The notes under the pieces are model-generated. The model was given only the letters and a program-made list of their open reading frames with translations, did not search any database and was not told where the DNA came from. The position numbers were made by a program, and so were the translations under genes. A stretch of 64,000 bases of DNA. It comes from an uncultured Muribaculaceae bacterium. Lineage in GTDB: Bacteria; Bacteroidota; Bacteroidia; Bacteroidales; Muribaculaceae. The stretch lies in NCBI GenBank assembly GCA_910586975.1, contig CAJUKX010000011.1:9520-73519 (forward strand), in the 5' to 3' direction. Below, piece by piece: positions 57,024 through 64,000 of the stretch (positions are counted from its first letter, which is position 1; every line of letters begins with the position of its first letter).

Positions 57024-57575
57024 CTATCTCCCATAATTCTCATTACGATATTTTAGGCGAGCTCTGGTCATTTCTTCTCTGATTCCGCCATTTTTCAAAA
57101 AATCTGCTTTTGCCCGTTCTATCAACTTTACCAACAGATACAGCTCTTGCATTATCATGGTAATGCACAGATTGGCGATTGTCTCATCATCACGTTGCTT
57201 TATGATAGACCTGTAAAATGCCGAGTCATTATTCTGTTTGCAAAATTCGCGTACTCGTCTGACCTTATCTTCCGGCCACAGACTTTTGTCACGAACTCTT
57301 ATATAGTCCTCATAATCAGCCAACAGCTCGTCAAAACTTGCTTTCGCTACATTAAACAGCTTTATCTCAGTTTCTCTTGAAGTTTTCGATGCTGCCGAAC
57401 CCTCGATTATATTCTGTTTGCCGCTTCGGGCAGCTTGAATCATCTGATCTATAGTGCGGTCGCCTTTCGATAAATATTTATGGGCAAAGAAATAGCTTAT
57501 ATCGTATATACATTCGGCTTTCTTATATACTATAAGATTGCGGTAATCACCCTTCGATTCTATAAAGCCGTTCAT
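57024..57575 (-). CDS. Four helix bundle protein with suffix domain (23S rRNA IVS-protein-like family)
   Basis: YRNLIVYKKA, DQMIQAARSGKQNIIEG, ELLADYEDY, FLKNGGIREEMTRAR; AT-rich. Confidence 0.88.
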   Translation of the reverse strand: MNGFIESKGDYRNLIVYKKAECIYDISYFFAHKYLSKGDRTIDQMIQAARSGKQNIIEGSAASKTSRETEIKLFNVAKASFDELLADYEDYIRVRDKSLWPEDKVRRVREFCKQNNDSAFYRSIIKQRDDETIANLCITMIMQELYLLVKLIERAKADFLKNGGIREEMTRARLKYRNENYGR

Positions 57576-57754
57576 TTCTTTATCGTTCTAAAACAGACCT
57601 GCCATTCCTTTTCCGACAAAGTTAATAAGTTTTTTTGAATTAACGACATTGATATGCTTCTAACATAATATTTTACGGCGGTTTCTTATGTCAACAATTT
57701 TTTACTCTGCCGCTGTTGTTTGAATATTGGTATTTTTGTTGTAATTTCGCATTC

Positions 57755-58579
57755 ATGATTTCGCACAAAGGATATAAGAGGCTAAGGTGGCTCCGTATTG
57801 CGGTGAGCGTGGTGGTTATGGTTGTTATGGCCGTGACTATCGCCTTAGGTTATCATACCTTTTTGGACAGCTGGCAGTTAGTGCCTGCGGTGCTTGCGGG
57901 TACAGGTGTGTGGATACTGATGTGGAGCGCTGTCACTGCATTTTTCGGGCGTATATACTGCTCCACAGCCTGCCCGTTGGGCACGCTGCAAGATTGCCTC
58001 ATACGCCTGCGAAATCGTAAAAACGGATTTTTCTATACCGAGGGCAGGCCGCGCATGAGGTGGTTTTTTGTACTGATAATAGTTTTGGCCGCTTTTCTCG
58101 GCATAGGCAGTGTGGTGGCTGCTCTCAGCCCCTCGGCTACCTTTGAAAGAATAGTGAAGGCGGCAAGTTCGCCATTTGGCAAGGCAGCGGCAGTGAGCAT
58201 GCTTTCGCTTGCCTTTGCAGTTATATCGTTTATTGTAGTGGCTGCCATAGCCATCAGTCGCGGCAGGCTGCTGTGCAACACATTGTGTCCGGTAGGCACT
58301 GTATTGGGCGCATTCTCGCGGCTGGCCATATATCAGGTTGACATCAATACCGACAAATGCGTGGGCTGCGGGTTATGCACTGCCCGATGCAAGGCCCAGT
58401 GCATCAATCCATCGTCGCATACTATCGACGTATCGCGCTGCGTGGTATGTTTTGACTGCATGGCATCGTGTCCCAACGATGCCATAGGACTGAAGAAGGG
58501 CAAGCATCAACTGCAGTGGCCCATGCTTCAGACCATAAGCACCGAACCTACTGCGGTCAATGAGCCTCAAGCCAATTGA
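57755..58579 (+). CDS. Membrane 4Fe-4S binding protein (NapH/MauN-like polyferredoxin)
   Basis: GRIYCSTACPLG, CNTLCPVG, two CxxCxxCxxxC motifs; ATG 57755 preferred. Confidence 0.88.
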   Translation: MISHKGYKRLRWLRIAVSVVVMVVMAVTIALGYHTFLDSWQLVPAVLAGTGVWILMWSAVTAFFGRIYCSTACPLGTLQDCLIRLRNRKNGFFYTEGRPRMRWFFVLIIVLAAFLGIGSVVAALSPSATFERIVKAASSPFGKAAAVSMLSLAFAVISFIVVAAIAISRGRLLCNTLCPVGTVLGAFSRLAIYQVDINTDKCVGCGLCTARCKAQCINPSSHTIDVSRCVVCFDCMASCPNDAIGLKKGKHQLQWPMLQTISTEPTAVNEPQAN

Positions 58580-61325
58580 GTCCCACGCCGCTGCTTACCT
58601 CCAGACGCACCTTGCCGCTGTAGGCATGTTCCATCTTGTCGGCCACAAGCGCCTGCATCTCGGCCAGCTCGTCGGCCTTTACATTGAATACGAGTTCGTC
58701 GTGCACCTGGATAATCATACGCGACTTCAAGCCTCGACGGCGTATCTCGGCATCCACATCTATCATAGCTTTCTTGATAATATCGGCGGCAGAACCTTGC
58801 ACCGGGGCATTCACGGCGTTGCGCTCGGCATATCCGCGCAGCGCAGCGTTGCGCGAGTTGATTTCGGGCAAGAAGCGTTTGCGCCCGCAGATGGTTGTCA
58901 CATATCCCTTAGTACGCGCATCCTCTATACATTCCTGCATATACTGTTTCACACCGGGATATGTGGCCATATATCCGTCGATCAGTTGCTTGGCCTCGGC
59001 GCGCGGTATACCAAGACGCTCTGACAGGCCGAATGCCGAAATGCCATAAATAATACCGAAATTGGCGGTTTTGGCGTTGCGGCGCTGGTTGTCGCTCACC
59101 TCATCGAGGGGCAGATGATAGATTTTGGCCGCGGTAGCACGGTGGATATCAAGGCCTTCGTTGAAAGCCTCAAGCATATCGGGGTCGCCGCTTATATCGG
59201 CAATCAGACGAAGCTCTATCTGCGAATAGTCGGCTGAGAGCAGCAGGTCGCCCGGGTCGGAGATGAAAGCGCGGCGTATCTCGCGGCCGTCGTCAGTACG
59301 GATGGGTATATTCTGAAGATTTGGATTGGTAGATGATATTCGACCCGTGGCAGTCACTATCTGATTGAATGTGGTATGTATTTTGCCCGTAGCCGGATTG
59401 ATGAGTTTAGGAAGTGCATCTATATAAGTGGCCAACAGTTTCTTAAGGCCGCGTATGTCGAGTATCAGCTTTACTATTGGATGCTCCTTGGCGTATTTGT
59501 CGAGGATTTCTTCGGTGGTACTCCACGAGCCGCGTTTGGTGCGCTTGGCCGACGGATCTATTTTCAACTTTTCAAACAGCACCTCGCCTACCTGCATCGG
59601 CGAACCGATATTAAAGGTGCATCCGGCCATCTCATACACCTCGTTTTCGAGCTTGTTGAGTTTGGCGGTAAGTTTGGCCGACATCTCACGAAGCGCCCTT
59701 ACATCAATGCGCACGCCCTCCCACTCCATTGAGGCCAGAACGGGGATAAACGGTGATTCAATTTCGGTATACAGCGCCATCAATTTGTCATCTCTGAGCT
59801 GCTCTTCGAGCAAGGGCTTCAGGCGCAGCGATATGGCCGCACGCTCGCACACGGCTGCGGCGGCTTCTTCGGGCGATGCAAATGCCACCTTCTTGCGTTC
59901 GGTGGCGGTGAGCTCATAGTCACCGGTTTTGTAGCCAAGGTAAGCGTAGGCCACTGTGGGCAGATCGTGCTTCATCTCGGGCGAGAGCAGATAATGCGAT
60001 ACCGAGGTGTCAAAATAGGGTGCTGTCCATGCAATGCCGGCACGGTGCAGCAACACCATATCGCGCTTCACATCGTGGCTCACCGGCATAAGTGCGGGAT
60101 TGGAGAACAAAGGTTCAAGCAGAGTGTATATCTCCTTGCGCTCCGATTCAAAATCAGGGAACACCACATATGCGCATTTGCCCCCTTCAGGTCGCGCTAT
60201 GCCAAGGCCTAGGATTCGCGCGCTCATGGCATCCTCGCCGGCGGCTTCAACACTCACACCTATTTCCTTGTCTGAAGACATTACTTCGTTAAGGAATCCG
60301 GCAATATCAGCCGGAGTATTCAAGACAACACATTCAAGCGCGGCAGCGGCCTCGGCAGGACTTGATGCAGCCTGATCCTCCGGTGCATCATCAAACAGCG
60401 ACATCTGCTGAGGCTGTGCCGCCTGTGCAGGAACGGGGGCAGCTGCTGCAGAGGGTGCGAGCCTTGATACGAGAGTCTTGAATTCGAGCTCGTTGAATAT
60501 CTTCACCAGCTCATCCACATCGGGCTCTACACGCCTGAGCTGTTCGGGCTTTATATCAAGTGGCACATCAGTCTTGATCGTCACCAGGAATTTGGAGAAC
60601 CTTATCTTCTCCACATTTCCCTCAACCTTAGTTTTCAATGCGCCCTTCAACTTGTCAGTATTATCGAGAAGATTTTCCACCGATCCCCACTCGTTAATGA
60701 GCTTGGCGGCAGTCTTCTCACCCACACCGGGACATCCGGGCACATTATCGCTGGCGTCACCCTCGAGGGCAAGCAGATCTATCACCTGCTGCGGCGAACT
60801 TATGCCGTAGCGTTCGCACACCTGTTCGGGACCGCGTATTTCGAAGCCCTTGCCACCGAGCGACGGACGGTACATCAGCACATTAGGCGTAACCAACTGC
60901 CCATAGTCCTTGTCGGGAGTCATCATGTAAGTGGTGAAACCATCGTTCTGCGCCATGCGGCTCAGGGTGCCTATCACATCATCGGCTTCAAAGCCCGGCA
61001 CCTCCACCACCGGTATGCGGTAAGCGGCAAGTATACGTTTGATATAAGGAATGGCAAGAGTTATATCCTCGGGCTGCTTGTCGCGCTGAGCCTTGTACTC
61101 GGGGTACGCATCGTGGCGGAAGGTGTGCCCTCCTGCCGGGTCGAAGCATACGGCTATATAGCCCGGATTCTCCTTCTTGAGCACCTCATCCAGGGTATTG
61201 CAAAAACCGAATATCGCCGAGGTATTGAAGCCTTTGGTGGTAAAGCGGGGCGAGCGTATCAAAGCGTAATAAGCCCTGTATATGAGTGCGTATGCATCAA
61301 GCAAGAATAGTTTCTTCTCTTCCAT
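58557..61325 (-). CDS. polA: DNA polymerase I
   Basis: 5'-3' exonuclease (LLDAYALIYRAY, EADDVIG), ADYSQIELR, AKTANFGIIYG, QVHDEL. Confidence 0.98.
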   Translation of the reverse strand: MEEKKLFLLDAYALIYRAYYALIRSPRFTTKGFNTSAIFGFCNTLDEVLKKENPGYIAVCFDPAGGHTFRHDAYPEYKAQRDKQPEDITLAIPYIKRILAAYRIPVVEVPGFEADDVIGTLSRMAQNDGFTTYMMTPDKDYGQLVTPNVLMYRPSLGGKGFEIRGPEQVCERYGISSPQQVIDLLALEGDASDNVPGCPGVGEKTAAKLINEWGSVENLLDNTDKLKGALKTKVEGNVEKIRFSKFLVTIKTDVPLDIKPEQLRRVEPDVDELVKIFNELEFKTLVSRLAPSAAAAPVPAQAAQPQQMSLFDDAPEDQAASSPAEAAAALECVVLNTPADIAGFLNEVMSSDKEIGVSVEAAGEDAMSARILGLGIARPEGGKCAYVVFPDFESERKEIYTLLEPLFSNPALMPVSHDVKRDMVLLHRAGIAWTAPYFDTSVSHYLLSPEMKHDLPTVAYAYLGYKTGDYELTATERKKVAFASPEEAAAAVCERAAISLRLKPLLEEQLRDDKLMALYTEIESPFIPVLASMEWEGVRIDVRALREMSAKLTAKLNKLENEVYEMAGCTFNIGSPMQVGEVLFEKLKIDPSAKRTKRGSWSTTEEILDKYAKEHPIVKLILDIRGLKKLLATYIDALPKLINPATGKIHTTFNQIVTATGRISSTNPNLQNIPIRTDDGREIRRAFISDPGDLLLSADYSQIELRLIADISGDPDMLEAFNEGLDIHRATAAKIYHLPLDEVSDNQRRNAKTANFGIIYGISAFGLSERLGIPRAEAKQLIDGYMATYPGVKQYMQECIEDARTKGYVTTICGRKRFLPEINSRNAALRGYAERNAVNAPVQGSAADIIKKAMIDVDAEIRRRGLKSRMIIQVHDELVFNVKADELAEMQALVADKMEHAYSGKVRLEVSSGVGLNWLEAH

Positions 61326-61356
61326 GTATCTTTTCAGTAAGACGTTGTTTATAGAG

Positions 61357-61395
61357 CAAAATTACATAAAAAATCGCGACTTTTATGTACTTTTG
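61357..61395. promoter_or_regulatory. Divergent -7 elements for polA and ispF
   Basis: TAATTTTG on minus (61357-61364) and TACTTTTG on plus (61388-61395). Confidence 0.6.
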
Positions 61396-61407
61396 CAAAA
61401 ATTATAA

Positions 61408-61905
61408 ATGTATATCATGAATCATCCATACAGAATAGGCACCGGATTTGATGTTCACCGCCTTGTAGAAGGCCGCAAATGTATAATCTGCGGTGTAGAG
61501 ATACCTCATTCAACAGGCTTGCTGGGCCATTCCGATGCCGATGTAGCCTTGCACGCACTCACCGATGCCCTGCTGGGCGCCGCAGCCCTGGGCGACATAG
61601 GAAAGCACTTTCCCGATACCGACCCCAAGTGGGAAGGCGCCGACTCGCGACGACTGCTGCGCGGTGCGCTCGATGTAATACGCGCCAATGGCTTTGAGCC
61701 GGTAAACGTCGACATCACCATCATAGCACAAGCCCCCAAGATGCTGCCCCACATACCACAGATGAGACAAAACGTGGCCGACGACCTCAAGCTGCCAATC
61801 GACTGTGTTTCAGTCAAAGCCACCACCACCGAGCATCTCGGCTTCACCGGACGCGCCGAGGGCATCGCTGCCCAGGCATCGGCAATGCTGTATAAGAATT
61901 GTTAG
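61408..61905 (+). CDS. ispF: 2-C-methyl-D-erythritol 2,4-cyclodiphosphate synthase
   Basis: [23 protein letters not shown]; the start may be 61417. Confidence 0.97.
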   Translation: MYIMNHPYRIGTGFDVHRLVEGRKCIICGVEIPHSTGLLGHSDADVALHALTDALLGAAALGDIGKHFPDTDPKWEGADSRRLLRGALDVIRANGFEPVNVDITIIAQAPKMLPHIPQMRQNVADDLKLPIDCVSVKATTTEHLGFTGRAEGIAAQASAMLYKNC

Positions 61906-61975
61906 CGCTTGATAAAAAAACAACCGCTCGTTGCAGACCCTTTTATGAAGATTTTTTCGTAACTTTGCAGCCGTT

Positions 61976-63436
61976 ATGAAATACGGATTTGACAATGAGA
62001 AGTATCTCCGGATACAGAGCGAACACATTAAGGAAAGAATAGCTAAATTTGGCAACAAACTCTATCTCGAACTCGGAGGAAAGCTCTTCGACGACTATCA
62101 TGCCAGCCGTGTACTACCGGGATTCCAGCCCGACAGTAAGCTCAGGATGCTCAGCCAGCTCAGCGACCATGCCGAAATCGTGATTGTAATCTCGGCCCGC
62201 GACATCGAGCGAAACAAAATCAGGAACGACCTCGGTATCACCTATGATATGGACGTGCTGCGCCTGCGCGAGGAATTCTCAAAACGCGGCTTCCTTGTCA
62301 GCTCCGTCGTGATAACACATTACAACGGACAAAGCAGCGCCGACGCTTTCCGCAAGAAGCTCCACCGCCTCGACATAGCCACTTACTGCCACTACACCAT
62401 CGAGGGATATCCCACCAACGTAGACCTCATCGACTCTGACGAAGGTTTCGGCAAAAATGATTATATCGAGACCACCCGTCCGCTGGTGATTGTTACAGCC
62501 CCGGGCCCCGGCAGCGGCAAGATGGCTGTGTGTCTGAGCCAGCTCTACAACGAGCACAAGCGCGGCATTGAGGCCGGATATGCCAAATTCGAGACTTTCC
62601 CGGTGTGGAACCTCCCGCTGAAACATCCCGTAAACATAGCTTACGAAGCCGCTACCGCCGACCTCAACGATGTGAACATGATAGACCCGTTTCATCTGGA
62701 GGCATACGGCAAGACTGCCATCAACTACAACCGCGACATAGAAATCTACCCCGTGCTCAACGCCCTCTTTGAAGGCATATACGGCGTGAATCCATATAAA
62801 TCGCCCACCGACATGGGTGTGAATATGGTAGGATTCTGCATAAACGACGATGACGTGTGCTGCGAGGCTTCGAAAAACGAGATTGTGCTGCGATACTTCA
62901 ACGCACTCAACCGCATGGCCCACGGCGACGGCAACGAGAGCGAGGTCTCCAAAATAGCCCTGCTGTTCAAACAAGCCAAAATCGATACCAGCTACCGCAA
63001 ACCGGTGGTTGCCGCCCGTGAGCGCGCCGAACAGACCCAGCGCCCCGCGTCGGCCATCGAACTGGCCGACGGCACCATCATAACCGCCGGTTCGAGCGAC
63101 CTGCTCGGCCCCAGCGCTGCGCTCATCCTCAATGCCGTAAAGCATCTTGCCGGCATTGACCACGATGTGAAGCTCATCCCCCAGCACATGATAGAGCCTA
63201 TACAGCACACCAAAATACAATATCTGCGCAGCCGCAACCAGCGACTGCATACCGACGAAGTGCTCGTGGCCCTGTCGGTACTCAGCACTCACGATGAAAA
63301 CTGCCGCCGCGCCCTGGAGCAGCTTCCACAGCTCAACGGCTGCCAGGTACACTCTACGGTGATGCTGGGCGAGGTTGACCACAAGATTTTCAAAAAGCTC
63401 GGAGTAGGCCTGAGCTGCGATCCGGCACGAAAATAA
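61976..63436 (+). CDS. DUF1846 family P-loop protein
   Basis: KLYLELGGKLFDDYHASRVLPGF, APGPGSGKM, YAKFETFP. Confidence 0.9.
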   Translation: MKYGFDNEKYLRIQSEHIKERIAKFGNKLYLELGGKLFDDYHASRVLPGFQPDSKLRMLSQLSDHAEIVIVISARDIERNKIRNDLGITYDMDVLRLREEFSKRGFLVSSVVITHYNGQSSADAFRKKLHRLDIATYCHYTIEGYPTNVDLIDSDEGFGKNDYIETTRPLVIVTAPGPGSGKMAVCLSQLYNEHKRGIEAGYAKFETFPVWNLPLKHPVNIAYEAATADLNDVNMIDPFHLEAYGKTAINYNRDIEIYPVLNALFEGIYGVNPYKSPTDMGVNMVGFCINDDDVCCEASKNEIVLRYFNALNRMAHGDGNESEVSKIALLFKQAKIDTSYRKPVVAARERAEQTQRPASAIELADGTIITAGSSDLLGPSAALILNAVKHLAGIDHDVKLIPQHMIEPIQHTKIQYLRSRNQRLHTDEVLVALSVLSTHDENCRRALEQLPQLNGCQVHSTVMLGEVDHKIFKKLGVGLSCDPARK

Positions 63437-63452
63437 TATACGATAATATAAT

Positions 63453-63479
63453 ACGGGCTGCGCCATAAGCGTAGCCCGT
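63453..63479 (+). terminator. Possible terminator
   Basis: ACGGGCTGCGC / GCGTAGCCCGT stem. Confidence 0.55.
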
Positions 63480-63699
63480 TAATCTTTACCGTGACGGCCG
63501 CCAAATGTTAAAAAAATGAGCTATTCAGGGGCTTCTCAAAACTTTTTTTAACGATTGCGGTTATTAAATCAAGAATTATTCGTAACTTAGCGGCTCGATT
63601 CTGAAAATTTGATAAAAAACACAAGATTCAAAGAGTCAGACGTTCAACTAATTATAGAATCAATAAAAAATTCAATTATATAATTAACTATCATTCCTC

Positions 63700-64000
63700 A
63701 TGAAGAAAATTACATTCTTAGCAGGCTTATGCGCTCTGTTTTTCGCGCCTACTCTTGCTGCTCAGGAAACCGTAGTGGAAGAAGTTGTAAACGTACAGGA
63801 TGTACAGTACGTTGAAGATCCCACTCAGGGCTACGTCATGAACTCATTCTGGGATAACTGGTTTATCACAGGTCAGGTTGGTGCAAACGTATATTTCTCA
63901 AAGCACGATGGTCTGCGCTCTTTCCAGGACCGTTTCAGCCCCGCTGCCAACCTTTATATCGGCAAGTGGTTCACACCGGTATTCGGTGCCCGCGTAGGTG
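63700..64000 (+). CDS. OmpA-family major outer membrane protein, N-terminal part (runs off the window; absent from the ORF track)
   Basis: MKKITFLAGLCALFFAPTLAAQ signal peptide; NSFWDNWFI and IGKWFTPVFGARVG are typical of Bacteroidales OmpA-like proteins. Confidence 0.85.
   Translation, partial: MKKITFLAGLCALFFAPTLAAQETVVEEVVNVQDVQYVEDPTQGYVMNSFWDNWFITGQVGANVYFSKHDGLRSFQDRFSPAANLYIGKWFTPVFGARVG

Noticed and set aside
62279..63466. 395-aa antisense ORF over the DUF1846 gene
   Set aside because: Shadow frame caused by codon bias; no motifs or independent signals.

Overview
A 64-kb chromosomal segment from a moderately GC-rich Bacteroidales bacterium. The order-level call rests on TAnnTTTG promoters, ruvA-sprA and a Bacteroidales OmpA; Muribaculaceae is my guess for the family. 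It is mostly housekeeping and envelope genes: sprA, ruvA, recX-prmC-obgE, a partial nonulosonic-acid cluster, bioB, radA, kup, a ClC transporter, tsaBC, MBOAT/SGNH, pyrE, an RND pump, a LytS/LytTR pair, an iorAB operon, polA and ispF. I see no rRNA, tRNA, CRISPR array, transposase or prophage. The most interesting signals are non-coding or tiny. (1) A ~164-bp rod-like palindromic element occurs three times, as two near-identical copies and one with divergent arms but the same core and length, plus a probable ends-only footprint. (2) A 12-bp-phased array of DnaA-box-like 9-mers, a candidate oriC, sits next to an SSB-like DUF3127 gene. (3) Two AT-rich solitary AAA+/DUF4143 ATPase-nuclease genes each have three phased direct repeats at the promoter. 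(4) An unannotated 18-aa hydrophobic ORF heads a YtrA-type ABC operon. (5) One histidine kinase lacks its phospho-acceptor His. All calls are from reading the sequence and ORF track; no searches were run.
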